Positions 39,295-48,523 of a stretch of 64,000 bases of DNA are shown here, in pieces. A model generated the notes under the pieces. It saw only the letters and a list, made by a program, of their open reading frames with translations. It was not told where the DNA came from and ran no database searches. This stretch comes from a virus: the UHGV virus genome UHGV-0039337. One strand, given 5' to 3'. How positions within the stretch are numbered: the first letter of the stretch is position 1; the number at the start of each line of letters is the position of its first letter. The position numbers and the translations under genes are program-made.

Positions 39295-39502
39295 TATTTA
39301 AGCTCATAGTTTTGTCGTCTATTTCATAACCGTTGCATTTTAGTTTAAGTGCTATTAATTTACCTTCATCATCTAATTGTGTTCCTTCACATTGATATAT
39401 GTTTCCACTTATTTCTCCGTCAAATGTATAAATATACGTAGCGTATTCTCCTATATACGTAGTATCTATTAAAGCACTTTTATTTCCAGTTAATTTTTTC
39501 AT
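39290..39502 (-). CDS. small protein (70 aa); start revised
   Basis: ATG at 39502 with GGAGG 6 nt upstream and the late motif; the track's extended start at 39583 runs through the promoter motif. Confidence 0.5.
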   Translation of the reverse strand: MKKLTGNKSALIDTTYIGEYATYIYTFDGEISGNIYQCEGTQLDDEGKLIALKLKCNGYEIDDKTMSLNI

Positions 39503-39508
39503 ATAATA

Positions 39509-39540
39509 CCTCCAGTTTAAAGTCCTTCGACTATATAGTA
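39509..39540 (-). promoter_or_regulatory. late-promoter-like motif, instance 4 (TATAGTCGAAGGACTTTAAACTGGAGG)
   Basis: Upstream of gene 39290..39502. Confidence 0.5.
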
Positions 39541-39583
39541 TAATGGATAGGGGCTTTTTAATGGATAAACCCCTAAGAACCAT

Positions 39584-40534
39584 TTAGAATTCAAAAGTAA
39601 ATGAATCGTTTTTGTTTTGTCTTCCATATTGTACTGCTAATTTAGCACAGTTAGATTTAATTGTATTTAATTGTTCACAATGTGGTAAATCTGCTTGTAC
39701 TAATGCGCCAGTTATTTCACCTGCTAATGTCATACCGCTTTTAGCTGTTGCAGTAACACCGCTTCCTATTACTAGACCGCCTACTTTAGCTGCAAGGTCC
39801 ATACCTGGTGCTACTATTCCGTCTAATGCCATCTTAGTAGTAGCATAGCCAGCAGTTGAAGCATTAGATACGAATTTACTCATTTTATCAGATGCTTTCT
39901 TAACTTTAGAAGCTTTCTTTAAGTTAGACATTTGTTGGCCGTCTAAGTTAAATAATGCGATACAGTATCCTAGCATTTGTGGAGTATTAGCATTTAATGG
40001 TTCTTGTACGATCATTAATTGACTATTTTCTCCTTCTGTAGGTATGTTTGCAACTCTGATTACGTTTTCTATTATATGGTTGACTTGTTTTTCATTCTTT
40101 AGTTTTCCTAAATAAGCAGTACCTTTTAATACAGATGCGTTTGAAGGAAGAACCTCAAATGATTTATTATTTTCATCTGCGAATACATTTTGTAATAATC
40201 CTGCTTTCATTCTATGAGTTAATAGTCCTTCTACTAGTATGAATTGTGTCATGTCAGCACTTAGTTGTTGTATTGACCATTTAATACAATTGTCATTAGT
40301 TTCAAAGAAAACGTTATCTGGATTTACTGCTTGTGCTAGTCCAAATATGTTTTTTGCTATTTCTGCTATTGTATTTGTGTCTTCGCTATATAAGAATCTG
40401 TCATAAGTTACAAGTATTTTGTTTTCTTCTTCTTCGTTAGCTTTTTCAGCTTTTTCTAGTTCTTCTTCTGTTACAAATTGACTCATGTCAAAGTCTACTG
40501 AATTATTATTCATATTATTCATTTTTTCACTCAT
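39584..40534 (-). CDS. putative virion structural protein (316 aa)
   Basis: Late-motif promoter; G/A/T/S-rich C-terminal half. Confidence 0.35.
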   Translation of the reverse strand: MSEKMNNMNNNSVDFDMSQFVTEEELEKAEKANEEEENKILVTYDRFLYSEDTNTIAEIAKNIFGLAQAVNPDNVFFETNDNCIKWSIQQLSADMTQFILVEGLLTHRMKAGLLQNVFADENNKSFEVLPSNASVLKGTAYLGKLKNEKQVNHIIENVIRVANIPTEGENSQLMIVQEPLNANTPQMLGYCIALFNLDGQQMSNLKKASKVKKASDKMSKFVSNASTAGYATTKMALDGIVAPGMDLAAKVGGLVIGSGVTATAKSGMTLAGEITGALVQADLPHCEQLNTIKSNCAKLAVQYGRQNKNDSFTFEF

Positions 40535-40552
40535 AATTATATCCTTTCATGA

Positions 40553-40583
40553 TTTAAAGTCTCTCGACTATTATTTATTATTA
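40553..40583 (-). promoter_or_regulatory. late-promoter-like motif, instance 5 (AATAGTCGAGAGACTTTAAATCATGAAAGGA)
   Basis: Upstream of gene 39584..40534. Confidence 0.5.
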
Positions 40584-40718
40584 TTTATAGTAGCGCTCAA
40601 GCGCGTGTTATCAAAAAATAGTCCCAGTGTGAAAGGGGGTATGGTGAACACTGAGACTTAAAATGGGCAGAGGCTTTTAATGGATGAACCTCTGAGAACC
40701 ATTTATACTAAATCCTAA

Positions 40719-41495
40719 TTAGATTAAATCTGCTATATCAGATGCAACTTTAGGTTGTTCTTCTTCTTCTGCGCTTTCAGTTTGTCCAGCATTTGCTAAT
40801 GTTCTTGCTATCATAGATTGTAGTTTTGCTATTTTCTTTTCTAGTTTAGCTTCAACTTCTTCATCTTCTGCGTCCAATAATTCATCTTCAGCTTTTGCAA
40901 GTTTAGCTTTTAATTCTGCTACTCTAGCTTTATCTTCATCTGACATTTTAGGTTTAGAAGCTTTAGTAGTTGCTATAGCACCATTGCCTCTAACAGCATT
41001 TGCTATTTCAGCTTTTAATGCTTTCCATGCTGGGTCCACTACTTCTCTGTCTGCTTTAGACATATTTCTGTCTGCTACTAGCTCAACATTAGCATATTTA
41101 GTTGCCATTAGTTTCATGATATGAGCATATGCTTCCAATCTTTCTTTAGGCATATCTTCACCGCTAGTAACTGATTTGCCTGTTCTAATGTAGTCTATAA
41201 AAGAACCTGTTGCTATACCACTTATAACTCTAGGTAAGACAACTCTAACTGGTTTTTCTACAAGTTCATCTGTATTGTCTGGTATAGATTCTAGTAAATC
41301 TGTTAATGCTTCTATACAACTGTCTACTACTGAATCATTTTGATACATACAAGATATATCAGAACCGTTAGTACATAATACTATACCTTTTTCTCCTACT
41401 ATTGCAACAGTATTTCTTTCTATTTTTGCTTTTAATCCGTTTCCATTACCGTTACCTTTAACACTTGATAATTTAACTCCTGATAATTTAGCCAT
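40719..41495 (-). CDS. putative structural/scaffold-like protein with a C-terminal coiled coil (258 aa)
   Basis: GNGNGNG linker, ELKAKLAKAEDELLDAEDEEVEAKLEKKIAKLQ heptads. Confidence 0.35.
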   Translation of the reverse strand: MAKLSGVKLSSVKGNGNGNGLKAKIERNTVAIVGEKGIVLCTNGSDISCMYQNDSVVDSCIEALTDLLESIPDNTDELVEKPVRVVLPRVISGIATGSFIDYIRTGKSVTSGEDMPKERLEAYAHIMKLMATKYANVELVADRNMSKADREVVDPAWKALKAEIANAVRGNGAIATTKASKPKMSDEDKARVAELKAKLAKAEDELLDAEDEEVEAKLEKKIAKLQSMIARTLANAGQTESAEEEEQPKVASDIADLI

Positions 41496-41514
41496 AATAA
41501 ACCTTCCTTTCTTG

Positions 41515-41915
41515 ATAGCTCGTCGGGTACCATTTTATTTTATTTATTTTTAAACCGACTCAAACGCTAATCAATAGCACTCGTGAGTTTGCTACACAAG
41601 AGTAGACCAAATCCCATAAGTACCAAAAAAAGAGTCTTTGTTGAGCCGACAGCGCTCATGACCGCATGAGCGACAGTGACCCATAAAAGACAAAAAAATA
41701 ATCCTTGTTGTACGACAGTACATAAGGACGACAGTCCGCGACCCCGAAGGGGGACCACGGACACGGGTCTAAGACCCAATTTAAGACAAAAAAAGAATCC
41801 TTGTTGCCGACAGGCGACAAAGACAGTATAAGAATGCTGAAAAAGCTTGTGTCCGACAGGAGGGACCCCCGAAGGGGGTATAGCACTGAACAGTACTCAT
41901 AAAATATCACCCTCC
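41515..41915 (-). repeat. GC-rich non-coding element: three 27-nt direct repeats each with an adjacent hairpin, plus two cUUCGg hairpins
   Basis: Repeats at 41625-41652, 41692-41718 and 41788-41813 (A7-GARTCYTTGTTG-N-CGACAG); perfect hairpin CGCTCATG-ACCG-CATGAGCG (41653-41672); CCCCGAAGGGG at 41741-41757 and 41864-41878. Confidence 0.6.
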
Positions 41916-41920
41916 TCTTA

Positions 41921-43039
41921 CTAATACAAGCTGCTTATATCAGCAGTTGTAGCGTCTTCTACAGCTGATTTACTAGAGTTGTCAGTATTATTTGTAGCTT
42001 CATTCTTAGTTGCCACTTTTCTGTAGTATGCAGAGCTTAATTTTTCAAATTGTTCACATACTGCGTCATATAATAAGCCTACATTGTTTACTAATGTCTC
42101 AGTGTCATATCCTTTAGATGGTGTGCTTTCAAAAGGTTTTTTGCTAAAGATATAGTTATAATTTCTCCAGAATACTTCTTGGTCTCTTCTTACTATAAAA
42201 GCATGACCATTAGTATAACCTTTTGCTATTATGTCTGTATCTTTATCGCTATCAGTTGCTTCTGGTGTCAAATAGATATAAGCGCCTTGATGTAATGCTC
42301 CTAAATATTGTCTACCACTAAAACCGCCAAAATCAGGATGGTCTATTACGCTGTCATACATTGTTAATTCTTTAGGAGATATTTCTTTTACAGCATTTCT
42401 TATTAGTTCTCTAGCTTCTTTTAATGATGCTGCGCCTTCTACGCCATATACTACTGGCATGTCTAATTCATTAGACCAGTGGAAGTTTCTGATATAATTA
42501 TTTAATCTTATTTGCCCATACCATAGATGTTTATTATCCTTTCTTTTTTCTACGAATAATACAGCGTCATCTCCTTCTTGTGGTCCACATTTTATTAGTT
42601 TTTTCGCATCACTAACCTTATAGTTAGTTTTAGGAGCTTGTTTAGGTTCATTGTGGAATTTATCTGTAACTTCATATTCATCTTCTTCAAATAATTCCCA
42701 GCTGTCTCCACATTCTAAGCATACTACTTCTCCGCCTTTTCTGTATTGTTCAGTTTCTTTGTTGCAACTTCCGCAATATGATAATACTACTTGTTGTTCT
42801 TTAATGTCTTTTCCTAATATAGTATTGCTAGTTTTTGTTTCTTTAGGTTCATCTTTAGTTGTAGGTATTTCTTTAACAGTTTCAACTGGTTTAACTTCTG
42901 CTGTAGTCATTCCCATTATGTCATTTAATACTCTTAATTGTTCTTTTATATTTGCTTCTAATGCTTTGTATAATTCAACCTTAAATTCTATACCACTTTC
43001 TAATACTTTGTTCATTAAATTCATTTCAGATTTATTCAT
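41921..43039 (-). CDS. hypothetical late protein with a Cys4 zinc ribbon (372 aa)
   Basis: Late motif plus AGGAGG; CGSC...CLEC. Confidence 0.4.
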   Translation of the reverse strand: MNKSEMNLMNKVLESGIEFKVELYKALEANIKEQLRVLNDIMGMTTAEVKPVETVKEIPTTKDEPKETKTSNTILGKDIKEQQVVLSYCGSCNKETEQYRKGGEVVCLECGDSWELFEEDEYEVTDKFHNEPKQAPKTNYKVSDAKKLIKCGPQEGDDAVLFVEKRKDNKHLWYGQIRLNNYIRNFHWSNELDMPVVYGVEGAASLKEARELIRNAVKEISPKELTMYDSVIDHPDFGGFSGRQYLGALHQGAYIYLTPEATDSDKDTDIIAKGYTNGHAFIVRRDQEVFWRNYNYIFSKKPFESTPSKGYDTETLVNNVGLLYDAVCEQFEKLSSAYYRKVATKNEATNNTDNSSKSAVEDATTADISSLY

Positions 43040-43045
43040 AAAAAC

Positions 43046-43078
43046 CTCCTAGCACTTTTAAGTCTCGCGACTATTAAT
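43046..43078 (-). promoter_or_regulatory. late-promoter-like motif, instance 6 (TAATAGTCGCGAGACTTAAAAGTGCTAGGAGG)
   Basis: Upstream of gene 41921..43039; a variant with TTAAAA. Confidence 0.45.
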
Positions 43079-43163
43079 TAATAAAGGGCTTTAAGGATTA
43101 ACTCTTTTAGAACCATAGTAATATAAAAAGACACCCGTATTTCTACGAGTGCCTTACGTATGT

Positions 43164-44903
43164 CTATTTGTTTTCTGATAAATTTATTTTTTGATCTGCT
43201 ATAATGACAGATTTAAAGCATATTGTATTAGTTACTAAGAAGTCATCTGAGTTATTGAAGTATGCTTCATTTACTTTAGCTGCTGCTGTTATACTTCCAT
43301 CTTCTGCTATTGCGATTACTCCATAGTTTTTTGGTACTCTTGCTATTCTTAATACTGTTGCGTTTTTAGCACTATTATATCCTACAGCTGTATCGTTTTC
43401 TAAATCTTCTACTTTAGCTTCTGCCCATATTGAGAACTTGCATACATCCTTACTATAACTTTCTATTGGTAAAACTGTTGCCTTAGGATATCTGTCAAGT
43501 ATAGTTTGTAAAGGATTGTATAATGCTACTACTTCACCGTCATTTACTTTAACTTGTCCATTTTGGAACGCACTTACAATATGAAGCATGCCACCATATC
43601 CGTATCCGTTTGTTATGTCTATTATTTCGCCTTCTTCAATGTCTATTTCTGTTTCGTAGTCAACTGGAACTTCTATAGTATCTTTACCTGCATATTGTGC
43701 TACAAATACATCTCCAAATAGCATTGCAGTTTTCCAGATGTCTATTTTATATTCATGGTCAGATCCTATTGCTGGTATAATGTATACTTCACCTTTTCTA
43801 ACTTTTACTTCAGATATTGCAAGTTTCATTGCTATTTTAAATACGTCAGATTGGTCTATTTCTAAATCAGCTGCCATATTATAAATACCTGCTAAACATC
43901 TTTCTCTAGTGTCGTTGTCCATGTCCATTACATTGTCTTGTGCTTCTCCTATTACTGTTGCTAATAGGAAATTATTTCTTTCTGTTAAGTCTATATTATC
44001 GTATTGTTTATAGCTGTCATAGCTGCATTCTTTTTCTAATAAGTCAATAAATCCTCTCATAGATTCTTCCATAGTGTCAACTGCAGCTTGTTTTAATAAT
44101 CCTATTGCATCTTCTTTAAAATCTTTGCCATCATATTCGTCGCTTACTTCTATAGTGTAGTTTTCTTTAGTTCTTCTGTAGTCTTTAATGTTTGATTGTA
44201 ATTTCTTTATTGCGCCTATTACTGTAATGTGTGGGCTAATTAATTGTTTCATTGTAGTATAAAATGTATAGTCCACATGTTTAGTTACGTCTATAGTTTG
44301 TTCTCCTAACCCTCTAGTTAAGAACACAAACTCTCTTTGGAATCTTTCTAATTCTTTTAATGTCGTATTAGCATTTATAGCATTAAGTGCCATTTCTGCT
44401 TTTCTTAAATAAAAGTCATTAACACCATAGACATATCTTTTCATGTTGTATTTATTTTCTGCTAACATTATGTCATTTTCATCATAGATAGGTTCTAATG
44501 TTGCTCCTGCTCTAGATTCTACTATTTCAGCAGCTTTTTCAAAGTTTACGCATTTAGTTTGTCTGTCCCATACTTTCCAGTATAGGCCGCTGTACATTAA
44601 TGCTACGTCAACTGCATTTTGTCCTAGCACTCCGTCTTCGTTTACAAATTGTCTAAAGTCTAACGCGCATACATTCATGCCAGTTCTTATAGTACTTGCT
44701 ATTTCGTCGCCTAGTGCTTGAGTTGACATTATTAATCCCATTTCGTCTTTTACTATTTTGACATTAACTTTATTATTTATTATTTCTTTCTTAGTCATTT
44801 CAAATCTTTCACTAGTTGCTTTTTCTATTCTTTTAGCATTATTTCTTTCCATTAATTTTCTTCCTAAAGTATTAGTAGTTGATAGTTTCATAAAATTCAC
44901 CAT
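43164..44903 (-). CDS. large late protein (579 aa), possibly structural
   Basis: AAGGAG RBS; no assignable motif. Confidence 0.35.
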   Translation of the reverse strand: MVNFMKLSTTNTLGRKLMERNNAKRIEKATSERFEMTKKEIINNKVNVKIVKDEMGLIMSTQALGDEIASTIRTGMNVCALDFRQFVNEDGVLGQNAVDVALMYSGLYWKVWDRQTKCVNFEKAAEIVESRAGATLEPIYDENDIMLAENKYNMKRYVYGVNDFYLRKAEMALNAINANTTLKELERFQREFVFLTRGLGEQTIDVTKHVDYTFYTTMKQLISPHITVIGAIKKLQSNIKDYRRTKENYTIEVSDEYDGKDFKEDAIGLLKQAAVDTMEESMRGFIDLLEKECSYDSYKQYDNIDLTERNNFLLATVIGEAQDNVMDMDNDTRERCLAGIYNMAADLEIDQSDVFKIAMKLAISEVKVRKGEVYIIPAIGSDHEYKIDIWKTAMLFGDVFVAQYAGKDTIEVPVDYETEIDIEEGEIIDITNGYGYGGMLHIVSAFQNGQVKVNDGEVVALYNPLQTILDRYPKATVLPIESYSKDVCKFSIWAEAKVEDLENDTAVGYNSAKNATVLRIARVPKNYGVIAIAEDGSITAAAKVNEAYFNNSDDFLVTNTICFKSVIIADQKINLSENK

Positions 44904-44920
44904 TTATTACTCCTTATTGG

Positions 44921-44989
44921 AGTAACCCTTTCATAATAATTTTTTAATAATAAAATAAATAAAATGAGGGCAGCATTCTGTCCATTGGA
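44921..44989 (-). terminator. rho-independent terminator after gene 45016..47199
   Basis: GAGGGCAGCAT...ATGCTTACCCTC imperfect 11-bp stem followed by a U-rich tract on the leftward strand. Confidence 0.5.
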
Positions 44990-45015
44990 TGCTTACCCTC
45001 TTGTGTATTTGGAAA

Positions 45016-47199
45016 TTATAATAAACTGCTAATGTCCATGTTGCTTAAATATTCAGCTGTTTGTTGCTCGTCTTGTTTTTCTTCTGTCGCAAACATAGGA
45101 GTATTCATGTTATATTCTATTAATGCAGCGTATCCTATGTTGTTTTCTCTTACTCTTTTTCTGACTATTAAACTTGTGTAGTCATTTATTATTTCTCCGT
45201 CATAATATAATCCTGTCACTATTTTGCCATCTTCTAATACTGTAAATTCAGGATATATTACAGTCACATCATCTCCGTCAAAATCTGATCCTGCTAATTG
45301 ATGTTTAACTGTGTTGTCTTGTGCTAAGATGATACAATTATTAGGGCATTCATTTATGAATTGCATATATTCTGGAGTTATGCCTCTTACTGCTATTTCT
45401 TCAGATAGTACCATATAAAATACTTCAAACTCATTATCACCTTGAGATGGAGATTTTATTGCTGTTGCTATTCTCATATTATTTAGTACTGTGTCTTTTT
45501 CTTCTTGTGTCATTGCAACATTTGCTTCTAATTGTTCTTTCGTTTGTCTGTATTCTCTTTCGAATGCACTACTATAAACTTCTAATGCTCTAACTTTCAT
45601 AGTTTCACCTGTTGGCATTACATAGCTTACTAATTTTGATCCTAATACTTCTTTGCAGTCATTCAATAAGTGATCTTCTGGGACCATTCTTAGATAATTG
45701 GAATTGATAGAAAGTTTTAAGTTTGCAACTCTATTTAATAATGCAGTGTCAAGTTGTTTAATCTTAAAGTTGTTTAATAACTTATCTTCTTCTGCTCTTT
45801 CAGGTGCTAGGTTATAACAGTTAAAGTATGCTGTATTACTTAATCTTACAACATTATTTTCAAAACTTACTTTACCTTTAGCAGCTTCAGCTTCCACTAA
45901 TTGTCTTTCAGTAATAGCTTTTACATATTTTATTGCATCTTCTAAGTCATCACGCAATTTAAATACAATCTGAGTTCCCATGTTGCCGTTAGTTCTATTT
46001 GACATATTTACTAAGCCTATTTCCATTGGGTCTATTGTGTCTTTTTCTACAATGTATTTTCCCCATTTAAAAGTATCTTTATCTGCCATTATGTTTATCT
46101 TAGCTGCTAATTTTACTAATTCTTTATCAGATAATTTAGTTAAGTCAACTTTATGTCCATCTTCCCAGCAGTAGCATTTATTTATGTCTAGACTCATCAT
46201 CATTTTCATTGCTTTAACTTTTTGGTTTAAGTGATATGCTTTACCATGTCCTTTACCTGCTGCACCTTTTATTCTTCCTTGTATACTCATTCTTCTAGCT
46301 TGTGCTAATGATACTTTTTCTCCTGTTAGTTCGCTTACTATTTCGCTTACCATTCTATCTCCAAACACAAAGTATCCGTCTCTAAAGTTATTGTCAATGC
46401 TTTTTACTTCTGTATTTTCATCTTCAGATTGTATACTACCATTAAAGTAAAATACATTATTAGTTTTTCCAGCTTCTGTCCATAGTGTAGGAGTTGTTGC
46501 ACATAAACTTATTCTTGATGCTATACCTGCTAAACTGTCAAAGTCCATATCTCCTTTAGCTGATTCTTTTTCCAATACTTCTGCTAATAATCCTCCTGTT
46601 AGATTGTTCATAGTCTCGAATTGTAAATCAGCATCATGGTTTGTAAAATAAACTTTAGACTTTTTGCCCATAGATGCGCTACCACTAGCTGGATAGAATG
46701 TTTGTCCATAGTTGTCTAATTTTAGTCCTGACAATCTTAGATCTTCATATTTTGATTCAGCATTTTTAAATGATACTAATACTATGTTGTTGTACAATTT
46801 ATAAGCAGATTCAGTTGGACCAGTTACTACTTGTCTAGTATTTCCTTCTCTGTCTATTTTTACTTCTATTTGTTTAACTTCATTGTTTAATTCTCCAAAT
46901 GCCAACACGACTGGACTATTTCCAACTGTTTGATATCCTGTTTCAATATGTCCAACATCGTCAATGTCTACAGTTTGTACTACTATAAAGTTAGCATTTC
47001 CCATTTCATCTTCGTACATTTTGTGCATTGCTTTTCTTTGTAATCTTTCAATGTTTGCTGCACTTAAACTGTTGTTTGTTTTGCTTACGTTTTTTCTGAT
47101 TCCTTTAAAATTATTAGTAGTAGATTTAGTCATAATGACCTCCTTTGCCCACGTATTAGCCAATACGCAGGACTTTGTGTTACTGCACTTCTTTACCAT
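45016..47199 (-). CDS. 727-aa protein with a DFDGDD motif (candidate non-canonical RNA polymerase subunit / double-psi beta-barrel protein)
   Basis: LAGSDFDGDDVTV at 45268-45291, about 80 aa from the C-terminus, resembling the NADFDGD catalytic loop of multisubunit RNAP beta-prime; the rest is unassignable by eye. Confidence 0.25.
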   Translation of the reverse strand: MVKKCSNTKSCVLANTWAKEVIMTKSTTNNFKGIRKNVSKTNNSLSAANIERLQRKAMHKMYEDEMGNANFIVVQTVDIDDVGHIETGYQTVGNSPVVLAFGELNNEVKQIEVKIDREGNTRQVVTGPTESAYKLYNNIVLVSFKNAESKYEDLRLSGLKLDNYGQTFYPASGSASMGKKSKVYFTNHDADLQFETMNNLTGGLLAEVLEKESAKGDMDFDSLAGIASRISLCATTPTLWTEAGKTNNVFYFNGSIQSEDENTEVKSIDNNFRDGYFVFGDRMVSEIVSELTGEKVSLAQARRMSIQGRIKGAAGKGHGKAYHLNQKVKAMKMMMSLDINKCYCWEDGHKVDLTKLSDKELVKLAAKINIMADKDTFKWGKYIVEKDTIDPMEIGLVNMSNRTNGNMGTQIVFKLRDDLEDAIKYVKAITERQLVEAEAAKGKVSFENNVVRLSNTAYFNCYNLAPERAEEDKLLNNFKIKQLDTALLNRVANLKLSINSNYLRMVPEDHLLNDCKEVLGSKLVSYVMPTGETMKVRALEVYSSAFEREYRQTKEQLEANVAMTQEEKDTVLNNMRIATAIKSPSQGDNEFEVFYMVLSEEIAVRGITPEYMQFINECPNNCIILAQDNTVKHQLAGSDFDGDDVTVIYPEFTVLEDGKIVTGLYYDGEIINDYTSLIVRKRVRENNIGYAALIEYNMNTPMFATEEKQDEQQTAEYLSNMDISSLL

Positions 47200-47331
47200 A
47201 ATTATTTTTAGGACATGAGTGCTACATCCCTTTATTTATAGTGTCTTTATATAGACACATATAAGCCTATTAATAATTAATAGACCTATATCTATCCATA
47301 TAAATGGATTTATCTTTTGTATATAAAAAAA

Positions 47332-48051
47332 TCAGTGCTTTAACACTGATTGTTTAAATTCTGAAAAAGTTAATATCTTAGCCTTTTTTTGATCCCAATA
47401 TGTTGATGCATATTCTTTTGTCCATTTCGCTAGATCAAAGTCTACGCAATTAGCTGGTACAAATCTGTCTATATATTTCCAGTATTTTTTCGCTAGGTTT
47501 ATATGACCTTTTTTTCTCCAAGTGTCGCTTAACATATTGTGCATAATATATAAGTCATCTGGATTTATTTTTAATCCATATTTTTCAGATGACTTTATGC
47601 ATCTGAAATATACAGTAGGACCGTTTAATGAACCTAATGTAATTTCATTATTGCTTATATCCTTTACAGCTTCCTTAAAAATTGATAATCTTCCATTGTT
47701 GTAAGCTATCTTTTTGAAGTTTTGATCGAATCTTTTAATGTGTTCATGCACACTATAGTCAATTACGATTATGTCTAAACTTTCTCCATCTAGTTCATCT
47801 CTCAAAACGTCAATGATATGAGATTTCTTATTGCTATAATCTTTTTTATATTCATCTTTTAAGTCTTTTATAGATATAAAAAGGTCTATATCGTAGAACT
47901 CTTTATCGTAATAGCAATCAGCTAAAGATCCTCCAGCTGCTGTTATTGGACCGTATTTTGCAGACATAATCTCTACTGTCTTTCTTATTTTATTGAATCT
48001 TTCATTATTTCTTATTTTTTTCATTATTTCCTTTGCAGTTATTTTTTTCAT
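47332..48051 (-). CDS. nucleotidyltransferase-fold protein (Pol beta superfamily)
   Basis: GGS-x13-DID (AAGGSLADCYYDKEFYDIDLFI) fits the hG[GS]x9-13Dh[DE] NTase signature. Confidence 0.45.
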   Translation of the reverse strand: MKKITAKEIMKKIRNNERFNKIRKTVEIMSAKYGPITAAGGSLADCYYDKEFYDIDLFISIKDLKDEYKKDYSNKKSHIIDVLRDELDGESLDIIVIDYSVHEHIKRFDQNFKKIAYNNGRLSIFKEAVKDISNNEITLGSLNGPTVYFRCIKSSEKYGLKINPDDLYIMHNMLSDTWRKKGHINLAKKYWKYIDRFVPANCVDFDLAKWTKEYASTYWDQKKAKILTFSEFKQSVLKH

Positions 48052-48133
48052 AATTAAACCTCCCTATTATTGGTAAAATTAATGCTCATTAGTACTTACG
48101 TATGATAACGTTTTCCTAATGAGCATACACATA

Positions 48134-48523
48134 TTAGTATACTTCTATGTTGCTTATATCCATTCCGTACATATCTCTATCTATAGCATCACGGTATGGA
48201 TAAAAGGTGAATGTAAAATAATACAATTCACCTTTTGCAACAGTACGTTTAAATCCATAAGGATAGTCGCACTGTTGCAACCAACAATGATCTATCTCAT
48301 ATTCTTCATTGTTGACACTGAATTGAATGTCTTTCAATAATAAATTTTGTTTTATTCCTTTAGATGTTTTCTTTCTTGTTATTTCTTTTACATAAGCACT
48401 ACCTTGTAGCTCTATACTATTGTCACTTAATATTTTTACCATTACGCTATTTCTTTCTATTGCTTTCATACATAACACCCCTTTATATTTATTTATTAGT
48501 ATGTTGAATGTTTTCATCTTCAT
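48134..48523 (-). CDS. hypothetical protein (129 aa)
   Basis: ORF. Confidence 0.4.
   Translation of the reverse strand: MKMKTFNILINKYKGVLCMKAIERNSVMVKILSDNSIELQGSAYVKEITRKKTSKGIKQNLLLKDIQFSVNNEEYEIDHCWLQQCDYPYGFKRTVAKGELYYFTFTFYPYRDAIDRDMYGMDISNIEVY

Noticed and set aside
39503-39583. N-terminal extension of ORF 39290..39583
   Set aside because: The extension runs through the conserved promoter motif and into the upstream gene. The internal ATG at 39502 has a canonical GGAGG 6 nt upstream.
41567-41910. Two overlapping leftward ORFs (70 and 84 aa) inside the GC-rich repeat element
   Set aside because: They lie in a repeat- and hairpin-dense non-coding element, have no RBS, and their composition is atypical (Leu/Ser/Cys-rich from GC codons). 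The only RBS-supported frame there is a different 39-codon ORF.
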